Counted from the stretch's first letter, positions 30,473 through 39,976 are shown. The stretch: DNA of 64,000 bases from Christensenellaceae bacterium (GCA_963666505.2 CAXXXL010000005.1:15566-79565); one strand, 5' to 3'. The notes: generated from the sequence alone by a model not told the origin. Translations and numbers: made by a program.

Positions 30473-30666
30473 ATGCACTCTAAATGGAAAGTGTTGAAGA
30501 GAAGTAGTTCAGCCAATTAAAATTTATGAATTAGAATGTAGCTAAATATAATTGTTATTACTAAAATATCTTAATAAAGGAAAACGAAAAGTCAAAATCT
30601 TTAGTTTTTATCCAATTCCGATTAAGAATTGAAATATGTGTTTATATATTTAATGAGGTTGTATTT

Positions 30667-31596
30667 ATGAATAAGAACAGAACAAGAGAAGGATTCACTT
30701 TGGTGGAGATTATAGTAGTTGTAGCGGTTTTAGTTATCCTTGCAAGTGTAGCTATACCAAACTTCGTTTTTATATCTAGCAAAGCTGCTATTACAACTGA
30801 CATTGCGAACTTAAGGATTTTAAATAATGCAACACAGTATTATAAAATAACAAAAAATATAAAAAGCGAAGATATTTTCAATGGAATAGGTTCTGATTTA
30901 GATAGGATAATAAAACTCATTAATGAGGGATACTTGGCAGAAGAAATTGAAACACAAAAAAACGACACCTTTTTTTATTGGAACGTTGCTTCCCAGAAAT
31001 GGTTATATAGCTTACTAGAATTAACAGAAACACCGCTTCCAAGTTATCTTTTTAGCGGACTCGATTATGAGAATTATTTGTATACTGGTAATTGGGATAA
31101 TAGTAAAGAAGGGTTCTCTTCAAGGTATGGATTGCTTTTTATGGATAACAATAAGGATGAATATACTATTTCAACTAAAGCACAGCTTGCTGAAGGTACA
31201 TATGGTGGATACGGGATCTTATTTGAAACTTCTCTAGTTGATGAAGATCATGACTCAGGTTATGTACTTCAATTCGATAGAGGGTACAATGCTATAATCA
31301 TAAGGCCAAGAAATAACGGAAATGAAGAAAGCCCTGTACTCGTATTAAGAAACAGCGATTGCCCCTTGATTCCTGAAAACAAAGAAGATGATTGGTGGAG
31401 CCAAGAACATGAAATAACCTTGCAAGTGAACAATATCGATACGGATTCTGGCAATAAAGAGTTGAGCGTCTGGATTGATAACGATTCGATTTTAGATGAT
31501 TGGTATTTTGAGAGCAACACTGAAAGTGAAAACAATTATACGGGGTTTAGGTCTTGGGGAGTAGAAACTACATACAAAGAAATGGATATAGAATAA
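30667..31596 (+). CDS. prepilin-type N-terminal cleavage/methylation domain protein with a large C-terminal globular domain
   Basis: Class-III signal MNKNRTREG/FTLVEIIVVVAVLVILASVAIPNF. The C-terminal ~170 aa carry jelly-roll/LamG-like sequence patterns (GYGILFETS..., SGYVLQFDRGYN, ELSVWIDNDSILD); that fold is inferred. Confidence 0.75.
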   Translation: MNKNRTREGFTLVEIIVVVAVLVILASVAIPNFVFISSKAAITTDIANLRILNNATQYYKITKNIKSEDIFNGIGSDLDRIIKLINEGYLAEEIETQKNDTFFYWNVASQKWLYSLLELTETPLPSYLFSGLDYENYLYTGNWDNSKEGFSSRYGLLFMDNNKDEYTISTKAQLAEGTYGGYGILFETSLVDEDHDSGYVLQFDRGYNAIIIRPRNNGNEESPVLVLRNSDCPLIPENKEDDWWSQEHEITLQVNNIDTDSGNKELSVWIDNDSILDDWYFESNTESENNYTGFRSWGVETTYKEMDIE

Positions 31597-32087
31597 ATAT
31601 GTGTCAGTATACAAAGAAATACAAATAAGAAATCACTTTCCAATGAAGAGATACGATATATATTATGTATAAGTTATTGTTATATGCTATATATTGTGGT
31701 ATCATAAATAATATTTTTAAATAATTATATTAGCGTTATATTTATACAGACTTCCGGAGTAAAAGCAAAAAGATTTCAATTTTAGGTAGATCATATATAT
31801 TTTTTGAAGAATGGTATCAAATATTTTGATAGCGGGGTTGAAAAATGCTTAAGCACATGTGTGTTTTGGTTAAAATACTTATTTCATTTTTAATTTTTTT
31901 TATTATATTTATTGAACTGCCCCCAAAGTTTAGTCCGAAACGATTTTGTAATAGATGAGTACGGAGATTGTGAAAGAGATTATATTTTTTGTGTAATTGA
32001 AAATGGCGCAATTGTTAAATTGGATTAAATAGCATACTGATATAATTCTTATTTCAAATGAGTGGTCAAATATAGGAGGGATATTAC

Positions 32088-32154
32088 ATGTCAAAAATTC
32101 TCGTTGTTGATGATGAAAAAAGTATCAGGAGCACTTTTGAAATATTTCTTGTAA
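32088..32154 (+). pseudogene. 5' stub (about 21 codons) of a response-regulator receiver gene
   Basis: GGAGGG RBS followed by MSKILVVDDEKSIRSTFEIFL. Receiver homology then stops at the junction with the IS1595 remnant. Confidence 0.5.
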
Positions 32155-32964
32155 AAGAAGCCAAATGGCTTTATCTGCCCCAGATGTGGTTGCAGAGAAT
32201 ATTATCAGATTGCAACACGAAAAAAGTATCAATGCAAAAACTGCCGATACCAGACATCTGTTACTGCCGGTACTGTAATGGATAGAAGCCATCTAGACCT
32301 GCGAATTTGGATATGGGCGATTTATCTGGTCGCACGAGATAAACGGGGATATTCTGCAAAGCAACTTTCTATTGAATTGAACCTACCGTATAATACTGCT
32401 TGGTTTCTACTTCATCGTATTCGGAAAGCAATGGCGCAGCGGGATGACAATTACGTGCTCAGCGGCATCGTCGAATTGGACGATACATACTTCGGGAAAG
32501 CGAAAAAAGGCGGTAAAAGGGGTCGTGGAACCGTGAAAACTAAGGTTCTGGTGGCATTATCCAAGGATGAGGACGGTAATCCGCAATTTGTTAAAATGCA
32601 GGTTGTTCCAAATCTTAAAGGAAAGACACTTGGCAAGTTTGCTAAGTGTTCAATCGCTGAGGGTTCTGTCGTTTAGAGTGATGCTTATCGCAGTTATCGA
32701 AAGCCATTAGCCGAGAAATATCTGCACGATTATCAGGTTTTCGATGCGGATTCCGATATGCTGCACTGGCTGCATATTATCATTGGAAACGCCAAAGCGT
32801 TTGTGCTCGGTACGTTTCATGGCTTAGGGAAAAAGCATCTGCAAAGCTATTTGGATGAGTTCTGTTATCGGTTTAATCGTAGGTTTGTACACGGTGAAAT
32901 ATTTAGTAGGTTGGCATGTGCGGTGACAGCTTCAGCACCTTTGCGGCTTGCTGACTTAACTTAA
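32155..32964 (+). pseudogene. IS1595-family (ISXO2-like) transposase, 5'-truncated with an in-frame TAG
   Basis: Zn-ribbon CPRCGCREYYQIATRKKYQCKNCRYQTS followed by an ISXO2-like core. It has no start codon. TAG at 32674-32676 is in frame with the continuation through 32964 (…LQSYLDEFCYRFNRR…). Confidence 0.75.
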
Positions 32965-33010
32965 TAGCCATGTTAATTAATATAGCATATTTATTAAATA
33001 TTATTTCAGA

Positions 33011-34048
33011 TCAGAACTTTTTAATTTTTACAGTTCTATGTGTTGAGGTCACAGATTCTCTTTCGTTAATATTGTTGGATGGCAATACAATATTTGTAAA
33101 GGGTTTCTTATTAATAATATTGATTATTGATTTCATTGCAATACGACCCATAAAATCTGTGTCAATGCTCAAAGTGCTTAGTGCAGGAGTAATATATCTA
33201 GATAACCTTACATCGTCCATACCAAAAAATGAGATGTCATAAGGTAAAGAATATCCTTTATCTTTTGCACATTTCATAGCTGTTAAAGCAAACACATCGC
33301 TTGCACAGAAAACTGCAGTTGGTATTTTATTTGATTTTAGAATGTTTTCCATACAAACGTATGAGGACTCTTCGTCATAAGCACTTGCTTGTATCCAAGT
33401 TGGATTTACAGTTAGATCATTATTTTCCAATGCTTTTTTATATCCGGAAAAAGTGTTCAAATAAAACAATGGATTAGTTTCCATTCCAATAAAAGCGATT
33501 GAATTGTGACCTTTCGATATCAAATATTCAACGGAAGTTTTTGCCGCATTATAATAGTCTATTCGAATATTATTATAATTACAATCTTTATGCTGCGTGT
33601 CAACAATTATAAAAGGAATATCCAAGCTGTTTACTTTTGAGAAAAGACCTTGGCTTGCATCTGATATAAAAATAATTCCATCAACATCCTTTGAACTTAT
33701 GCTATTAAACAATCTGCTTTCGTTTTTTAAGCAAGTGATATCCGATAATACAATACTATAGTCGAAATTTACACTTTCATTTAATATACCTTGAAGTATT
33801 TCCAAATAAAACATATTGCAAAAAGGGCTTAGGTTTTGTTTTAAAACTACTTGAACATTAAAACTTTTGCCCAGATTTAATTTTCTTGTATGCGCATTAG
33901 GAACAAATCCTTCTCGATCAATAATATCTTTTATGTGATTTCTGACTTCGTCACTAATTCCTTTTCTATTATTAATTACGAAAGATACTGCCGTAGGTGA
34001 TACACCGGCTAAATCCGCTATTTCTTTTATTGTAATCTTTTTATCCAT
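33011..34048 (-). CDS. LacI-family transcriptional regulator
   Basis: N-terminal HTH (ITIKEIADLAGVSPTAVSFVINN) plus a periplasmic-binding-like effector domain. Confidence 0.9.
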   Translation of the reverse strand: MDKKITIKEIADLAGVSPTAVSFVINNRKGISDEVRNHIKDIIDREGFVPNAHTRKLNLGKSFNVQVVLKQNLSPFCNMFYLEILQGILNESVNFDYSIVLSDITCLKNESRLFNSISSKDVDGIIFISDASQGLFSKVNSLDIPFIIVDTQHKDCNYNNIRIDYYNAAKTSVEYLISKGHNSIAFIGMETNPLFYLNTFSGYKKALENNDLTVNPTWIQASAYDEESSYVCMENILKSNKIPTAVFCASDVFALTAMKCAKDKGYSLPYDISFFGMDDVRLSRYITPALSTLSIDTDFMGRIAMKSIINIINKKPFTNIVLPSNNINERESVTSTHRTVKIKKF

Positions 34049-34122
34049 ATAAAGTCCTAAACTAATTTAGTATATAGATATCATATAATAAAAAATTAAA
34101 TAAGTAAATACAAAATTAGCTA

Positions 34123-34151
34123 TTGACAAAACATCTAAATTTGAATACAAT
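34123..34151 (+). promoter_or_regulatory. sigma-A-type promoter of the aminotransferase/ABC operon
   Basis: TTGACA (34123-34128), 17-nt spacer, TACAAT (34146-34151). Confidence 0.45.
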
Positions 34152-34154
34152 AAA

Positions 34155-34168
34155 CTAAACCACTTTAG
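34155..34168. promoter_or_regulatory. candidate LacI-type operator (palindrome CTAAA-N4-TTTAG)
   Basis: CTAAACCACTTTAG lies immediately downstream of the -10 box. A second copy, CTAAACTAATTTAG, is at 34057-34070 next to the lacI-family gene start. Confidence 0.35.
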
Positions 34169-34191
34169 TATTTTAGTAAAAGGAGAGAATA

Positions 34192-35454
34192 ATGAAAGAA
34201 TTAGCATTGAACGGAGGAACTCCAATTAGAACAAAACCTTGGCCGCTTATGTACCCAGGGGGGACAGTGTATGACGATCGTGAGGTTGAAGCGGCAATAC
34301 AAGTAATTAGAGCAAAATCCCCTTTTAGGCATTATGGTGTAGACCTTCAAAATAAAACTGATGAACTAGAAATGGCATTTAGCAAATATTTAGGCAACAG
34401 ATATTCACTTGCAGTTGCAAGCGGATCAACTGCACTTACTACTATTCTTGCCTCATTAGGTGTTGGTCCAGGTGATGAAGTTATATTGCCAACACTTCTT
34501 TGGATTTCAGATGCTAATTCTGTTATGTGGTTGCGAGCGATGCCTGTTTTCTGTGATATCGATGAAACTTGGAATTTAGATGCTGAACAACTAGAAAAAT
34601 TAATTACACCACGAACAAAAGCAATTATTGCTATACACATGGCTGGTAGTGCTGCAGATATGCCTGCTATTATGAAGGTTGCAAATAGTCATCAAATACC
34701 TGTCGTAGAGGATTGTTGTCAAGCTTCCGGAGGTTCGATTGGTACAAAAAAACTAGGGTCTTTTGGCGACATTGCTGCGTTTAGTTTACAATACAATAAA
34801 AATTTAACGTCAGGAGAAGGAGGGCTTATATCAACAAATGATGAAAAGCTGTATAGGGCCTGTAAATGTTTTTCGGATGTTGGGTTTGAACGTGATGTAG
34901 ATGGGGTTTCAAAGCCTCTAAACTCACCATTTGAGAGTTATGGTATAGGCTGCCGTATGGATGAAATTAGGGGAGCGATAGGTCTTGAGCAACTAAAAAA
35001 GCTTGATAATATATGCTCATTAATGAGAACAAGACAGATATCAATAAAAGAAAAACTTAGTAGCATAGAAGGTCTTTCATTTAGAAAACAAATCGACCCA
35101 CAGGGTGATTCAGGTGCTGCGCTAGGATGGCTTATGGATACGTCAAATTTAGCTGAGAAATTCCGAAAAGCAATTCAGGCTGAGGGAATACCGGTAACAA
35201 CTGCGCCGGGCGGAATACATCAATTTCGCAATATTTCAACGCTCTTCGATAAAGTACCTGTAACAAGCGCAAATTGTCCTTGGAGCTGTCCGTTTAATGA
35301 AGAGTGTTCACAGGAACTAAGGCCAGACATGTTCCCGAAAAGTGATGATATTTTAGATCGTTCGTGTATGTTGTATCTACCGCCTATTATGACTGACGAA
35401 GATGAAGATGACGCAGTCACTGCAATAAAAAAGGTATCTGAGAAGTTGTTGTAA
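34192..35454 (+). CDS. DegT/DnrJ/EryC1/StrS-family PLP-dependent aminotransferase
   Basis: 420 aa with family hallmarks: ...SGSTALT..., EVILPT..., and the PLP-lysine context FSLQYNKNLTSGEGG. Confidence 0.85.
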   Translation: MKELALNGGTPIRTKPWPLMYPGGTVYDDREVEAAIQVIRAKSPFRHYGVDLQNKTDELEMAFSKYLGNRYSLAVASGSTALTTILASLGVGPGDEVILPTLLWISDANSVMWLRAMPVFCDIDETWNLDAEQLEKLITPRTKAIIAIHMAGSAADMPAIMKVANSHQIPVVEDCCQASGGSIGTKKLGSFGDIAAFSLQYNKNLTSGEGGLISTNDEKLYRACKCFSDVGFERDVDGVSKPLNSPFESYGIGCRMDEIRGAIGLEQLKKLDNICSLMRTRQISIKEKLSSIEGLSFRKQIDPQGDSGAALGWLMDTSNLAEKFRKAIQAEGIPVTTAPGGIHQFRNISTLFDKVPVTSANCPWSCPFNEECSQELRPDMFPKSDDILDRSCMLYLPPIMTDEDEDDAVTAIKKVSEKLL

Positions 35455-35565
35455 TGTTTGGTGGTTGTTGTATTCCGAAATCATTAAGAAGGAAAGTTTT
35501 TATTGAACAAGGTATAGTATTAAAGCTTCCAAAAATGGAAGAAAAAATAACAGGAGGAAATTAAA

Positions 35566-36729
35566 ATGAAAAAGATTTTATTGGTTGTTCTGTGCGCAAT
35601 ACTTGCTGCTTCGCTATTTACAGTAGTTGGTTGTAAATCGGAAGTGCCCGCAGAAACCGGCGAGGAAGTGTCCGCAGAAACCGGCGAGGAAGTGTCCGCA
35701 GAAACCAGCGAGGAAGTGTCCGCAGAAAGTGAACAGGGGAAACCATTGGTTGCGTTCCTGATGCCCACAAAAGAGCAGACGCTATGGGCATCACAGGGTG
35801 ATAGACTTACCGCAGCATTCGAGGGGGCAGGATACCCGACAATTATTGAATTCGCTGAGGATGATATTGCTCGTCAAGTATCACAGATAGAAAATGCTGT
35901 TTTGCAAGGAGCTAAGTATCTAATAATCGTTAGTGTGGATTCGTTTGCTTTGTCAAGTGCTGTAGAAAATGCTAGTGCAGCCGGTGCAACGATAATAGCT
36001 GATGATAGATTAATAATGGATTCAGAGTCCGTAGATTATTACGTTACTTATAATCTTGCAAGGTTAGGTGAATTACAGGGAGAACATATTGAGGAGGAGC
36101 TTGGACTAAAGGAAGGAAAGGGACCGTTCAATCTAGAAATATTCTCAGGGAGCCCAGATGATTCAAACAGTATTTACTTCTATGATAGTGCGATGAGTGT
36201 TCTGAAACCGTATATTGACAACGGGCAGCTAGTTGTTAGGAGTGGGCAAGTTGATATTGAAACAAATAGCATTCTTAAATGGGACAGCGCAACAGCTCAA
36301 TCCAGAATGGATAATATCTTAAGCGCATATTATTCGGATGGAGAAAAAGTTGATGCAGTTCTAGCTGCAGCTGATTGTTTATCGCTAGGAGTAATTTCTT
36401 CTTTGGATTCATTGGGATATGGACAGGATCCTGATCTTCCTTTCCCGCTTGTTACCGGACAGGATTGTGAACTAACTACAGTAAATAATATGATTGAAGG
36501 CAAGCAGTCAATGTCTATATTCTTTGACACAAAAGTATTTGCAGAAAAGGCCTTGAATCTTGTTAATGAACTCGAAGCAGGTCAGGAACCAACAATTGAT
36601 ACTACGTTCGATAACAATATTAAACAGGTACCAACAGTATTGTATGACCCAGTTGCTGTAACTGTAGATAATTACGAAGTTTTAATTGAAAGAGGTTTCT
36701 ATACAGAAGAAGAACTTTCAATGGATTAG
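35566..36729 (+). CDS. sugar ABC transporter substrate-binding lipoprotein (ChvE / multiple-sugar type) with repeat-containing linker
   Basis: Lipobox LFTVVGC, an EVxAETGE repeat linker, then a type-1 binding-protein fold. Confidence 0.85.
   Translation: MKKILLVVLCAILAASLFTVVGCKSEVPAETGEEVSAETGEEVSAETSEEVSAESEQGKPLVAFLMPTKEQTLWASQGDRLTAAFEGAGYPTIIEFAEDDIARQVSQIENAVLQGAKYLIIVSVDSFALSSAVENASAAGATIIADDRLIMDSESVDYYVTYNLARLGELQGEHIEEELGLKEGKGPFNLEIFSGSPDDSNSIYFYDSAMSVLKPYIDNGQLVVRSGQVDIETNSILKWDSATAQSRMDNILSAYYSDGEKVDAVLAAADCLSLGVISSLDSLGYGQDPDLPFPLVTGQDCELTTVNNMIEGKQSMSIFFDTKVFAEKALNLVNELEAGQEPTIDTTFDNNIKQVPTVLYDPVAVTVDNYEVLIERGFYTEEELSMD
35641..35729 (+). repeat. 24-bp tandem repeat, about 3.7 copies, in frame inside the binding-protein gene
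   Basis: GAAGTG[C/T]CCGCAGAAACC[G/A]GCGAG at 35641, 35665 and 35689, plus a partial copy from 35713. Each unit encodes EVxAETGE. Confidence 0.9.
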
Positions 36730-36751
36730 AATTGAAAGATATTTGATTAGT

Positions 36752-36787
36752 AGAAGCATATGGCACTTAAAAGTGCCATATGCTTCT
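36752..36787 (+). terminator. 15-bp perfect stem-loop between the binding-protein and ATPase genes (attenuator or mRNA stabiliser; no T-tract)
   Basis: AGAAGCATATGGCAC (36752-36766), loop TTAAAA, GTGCCATATGCTTCT (36773-36787). Confidence 0.55.
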
Positions 36788-36833
36788 CAAATCCTTAGAA
36801 AAATTTTATTTTAACTATACTTGGAGGTAAAGG

Positions 36834-38351
36834 ATGTCTAAGACATTGCTTGAAATGAAAAATATTTCGAAAGAGTTCCCCGGAGTTCTTGCTCTTGATA
36901 AAGTGAATTTTAATATAGAAAAAGGCGAGATACATGCTTTGGTTGGAGAAAATGGAGCAGGGAAATCTACACTTATGAATATATTAAGCGGTGTTTATTC
37001 AAATGGTAATTATACAGGTGAGATTATATTTGAAGGGCAAAAATATGAGGTTAAAGGAATAAAGCAAAGTGAAGATAGAGGAATCTCAATAATACATCAA
37101 GAGTTTACTTTGATACCATATTTAACTATTGCTGAAAATATTTACATGGGAAATGAGATTCAAAAACACTGTCTGGTGAATTTAGAATTAACTCAAAAAA
37201 AAGCAAGTGAACTAATAAAAGTTGTAGGACTGGAAGAAGACGTTAACACCTTGATAAAAGATATTGGTGTTGGAAAGCAACAACTAGTCGAGATAGCTAA
37301 GGCACTTTCCAAGAAAGTAAAATTGTTAATATTAGACGAGCCAACGTCTGCTTTAAATATTGATGATAGCAAAAATCTATTAGACTTACTAGTTAAGTTT
37401 AAAGATGAAGGTATAACATCTATCTTAATATCTCATAAACTTCAAGAAGTCGCAAGAGTTGCTGATAAGATAACAATACTCCGTGATGGCAAGACAATTG
37501 AAACTATTGTTGTTAAAAATAAAACGATTTCTGAAGATAGGATTATTAAAGGTATGGTAGGACGAGATTTGTCAGATATGTTTCCAAAGCGCAAAAATAA
37601 GATTGGGGATGTTTTTTTTGAAGTTAAAGATTGGACAGCTTATCATCCGTTAAATACAGAGCGTAGAGTCTCTGAAAATATAAATTTATATGTTAGATCA
37701 GGTGAAGTGATTGGGATAGCTGGATTAATGGGAGCAGGAAGAACAGAGTTAGCTATGGGCATATTCGGAAAATCCTATGGAACTAATATTACTGGTGAAG
37801 TTTATAAAAGAGGCAAAAAGATAGATGTGAACACAGTAGGAAAAGCAATAAAAAACGGAATTGCATATATTTCAGAAGATAGAAAAGGATTAGGATTGAT
37901 AGTAAATAACAGCGTTAAGAATAATATTACATTATCTAATTTAAAAAGAATATCAAAGAATAATGTTATCAATGAAAATGAGGAAATTATTTCTGCAAAC
38001 GAAGCTGTTGAAGCTTTTAAAATCAAGTGTACCTCTATTGTTCAGGAAGTTAGGAGCTTAAGCGGCGGTAATCAACAAAAGGTTGTATTAGCAAAATGGC
38101 TGTTCTGTGATTCTGACTTATATATTATGGATGAACCTACGAGGGGTATTGATGTAGGAGCCAAGCATGATATCTATGAATTAATAAATGATTTAGCTAT
38201 GGCAGGCAAAGCAATAATATTTATTTCATCTGAGCTTCAAGAAGTACTGGGGGTATGTGATAGATTATATGTTATGAATAGTGGGAAACTGGTAGGGGAA
38301 TTAGATAAGAATAATGCCAGCCAAGAAAAAATAATGAAACTATTAGTATAA
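36834..38351 (+). CDS. sugar ABC transporter ATP-binding protein (duplicated NBD, GguA/XylG/MglA type)
   Basis: GENGAGKST, LSGGNQQK, ILDEPT / IMDEPT. Confidence 0.95.
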   Translation: MSKTLLEMKNISKEFPGVLALDKVNFNIEKGEIHALVGENGAGKSTLMNILSGVYSNGNYTGEIIFEGQKYEVKGIKQSEDRGISIIHQEFTLIPYLTIAENIYMGNEIQKHCLVNLELTQKKASELIKVVGLEEDVNTLIKDIGVGKQQLVEIAKALSKKVKLLILDEPTSALNIDDSKNLLDLLVKFKDEGITSILISHKLQEVARVADKITILRDGKTIETIVVKNKTISEDRIIKGMVGRDLSDMFPKRKNKIGDVFFEVKDWTAYHPLNTERRVSENINLYVRSGEVIGIAGLMGAGRTELAMGIFGKSYGTNITGEVYKRGKKIDVNTVGKAIKNGIAYISEDRKGLGLIVNNSVKNNITLSNLKRISKNNVINENEEIISANEAVEAFKIKCTSIVQEVRSLSGGNQQKVVLAKWLFCDSDLYIMDEPTRGIDVGAKHDIYELINDLAMAGKAIIFISSELQEVLGVCDRLYVMNSGKLVGELDKNNASQEKIMKLLV

Positions 38352-38367
38352 AGGGAGGACAGAAGAC

Positions 38368-39555
38368 GTGAAGAAAAAGATTAAAGAAGGTATTTTAAAA
38401 GGGAATTTAAGACAATACAGCATGGTTTTGGCCCTTGTTCTTATTCTCATTCTATTTTATTTCATAACAGATGGTATGACATTAAAACCTCTCAATGTTA
38501 CCAACTTAATACTTCAGAATGGATATATTCTTATTTTAGCGATTGGTATGTTACCAGTAATAATAACAGCTAGAATTGATTTATCGGTAGGTTCGATTGT
38601 TGCATTTGTTGGCGCAGTAGCAGCAATATTAACTGTTAACTATAAAATGTCTTTCTTACCTGTAGTAGTAATTAGTTTGGCATCAGGTGCGTTAATTGGC
38701 GCTTGGCAGGGATTCTGGACCGCATATTTAAACATTCCAGCTTTTATCACAACACTCTCTTCAATGTTGGTATTTAGAGGCTTAACAATTGCGGTTCTTG
38801 ATGGTCGCTCTATTGGTCCATTAGGTGATGATTTTAGAGCAATTAGCAACAGTTTCATACCTGATATTGGAAGTGGAATAAATTTGTTTGGCATTCAACT
38901 AAATTTATTAGCTATCTTAGCGGGTTTGATTATTTGTGTATTTATAGTTTTTTCTCAAATTTCGAAAAGAAGATCAGCAAGTAAATATAAATTTGAAATT
39001 TCAGGTATTCTAGTTTTTATTATTAAACTAGTTATAATTTGCGGAGCAGTCATATTGTTCTTCTATTTTCTTGCAGCATATAATGGGATACCGACATTAT
39101 TGATATTGTTAATTGCTTTAGCTCTATTGTATTCATTTATTACAAGAAGAACAGTAATTGGGAGACGCATTTATGCAATAGGAGGGAATGAAGCTGCAGC
39201 AAAATTATCAGGGATAAATACTAAGAGAATAGTTTTTTTAACATTTGTAAATATTGGAGTATTGTCGGCGATAGCCGGCATTGTATTTGCAGCTCGACTA
39301 AATGCTGGCACTCCAAAAGCCGGAACTGGCTTTGAGCTTGATGCAATTGCTTCTTGCTTCATTGGTGGCGCATCGATACATGGCGGTACTGGAACTGTTA
39401 TGGGTGCTATAATTGGTTGCCTAATAATGGGCATTATGAATAATGGTATGTCTATTATGGGGATTTCAGTAGACTACCAACAAGCAATAAAAGGTTTAGT
39501 AATATTAATAGCAGTTGCTATAGATATGGTTGCAAAAAATAAAAAAGCAATTTGA
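38368..39555 (+). CDS. sugar ABC transporter permease (GguB/XylH type, 395 aa)
   Basis: GTG start after AGGGAGGA. Polytopic, with motif FIGGASIHGGTGTVMG. Confidence 0.9.
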   Translation: MKKKIKEGILKGNLRQYSMVLALVLILILFYFITDGMTLKPLNVTNLILQNGYILILAIGMLPVIITARIDLSVGSIVAFVGAVAAILTVNYKMSFLPVVVISLASGALIGAWQGFWTAYLNIPAFITTLSSMLVFRGLTIAVLDGRSIGPLGDDFRAISNSFIPDIGSGINLFGIQLNLLAILAGLIICVFIVFSQISKRRSASKYKFEISGILVFIIKLVIICGAVILFFYFLAAYNGIPTLLILLIALALLYSFITRRTVIGRRIYAIGGNEAAAKLSGINTKRIVFLTFVNIGVLSAIAGIVFAARLNAGTPKAGTGFELDAIASCFIGGASIHGGTGTVMGAIIGCLIMGIMNNGMSIMGISVDYQQAIKGLVILIAVAIDMVAKNKKAI

Positions 39556-39659
39556 TAAAAATAATAGATAAAAGAAGTAAAAGAATTTATTGTTTTAATC
39601 AATAAGGAGTATAAAGAAAAATAGAGAGTTATTTACTAAAAATAAAATAGAGGTTAATA

Positions 39660-39862
39660 AATGTCAAAATTTAAATATTCAGCAGGTCATGGAACGTGCA
39701 AAGCGGTGCGGACACATTCGGGCCCCAGTAAGGGATGAGATAGACTTTGTCACAAAGGTAAAGAAGTATAAGCAGATAGGCTTCGACGCAATGCAGTTCT
39801 ACGACGACGCCGTTCCCAATACCAACGAACTTTCCGACGACCAGATAATCAAAGAGGCACAG
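39660..39862 (+). pseudogene. 5' fragment of a xylose-isomerase-like TIM-barrel sugar isomerase gene (frameshifted, 3'-truncated)
   Basis: MSKFKYSAG is in one frame and ...APVRDEIDFVTKVKKYKQIGFDAMQFYDDAVPNTNELSDDQIIKEA in another. Homology to the isomerase-like N-terminus ends near 39840-39870. Confidence 0.5.
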
Positions 39863-39976
39863 ATAATTATAGAGCAATGGCGGCGATACTACAATGCGAT
39901 ACGTACACACAGTTCTTGGGGATACAAAACACCTGTGCCCCAATCATACTTAATAGAGACTAATGCATTAGGTTAG
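39863..39976 (+). pseudogene. 3'-terminal fragment of an IS3-family-type (rve integrase core) transposase
   Basis: ...IIEQWRRYYNAIRTHSSWGYKTPVPQSY... matches the conserved C-terminal W-x-x-x-YN...RPHSSLGY.TP signature. It is fused in frame to the preceding fragment. Confidence 0.55.

Noticed and set aside
30286-30483. 65-aa track ORF, and the possibility of an intact tRNA or tmRNA here.
   Set aside because: The ORF has no RBS and overlaps the tRNA-like debris. I could not fold either fragment into a complete cloverleaf because no matching 5' acceptor strand is present. Only fragments are reported.
10727-32676. Possible stop-codon reassignment or programmed read-through, suggested by the in-frame TAA in the kinase and the in-frame TAG in the IS1595 transposase.
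   Set aside because: TAA, TAG and TGA all terminate conserved genes at their expected ends throughout the window. Ordinary nonsense mutations in decaying genes are the simpler explanation.
35641-35729. The repeat array considered as a CRISPR.
   Set aside because: The units are directly abutting 24-bp repeats with no spacers. They are in frame within a lipoprotein gene, and no cas genes are nearby.
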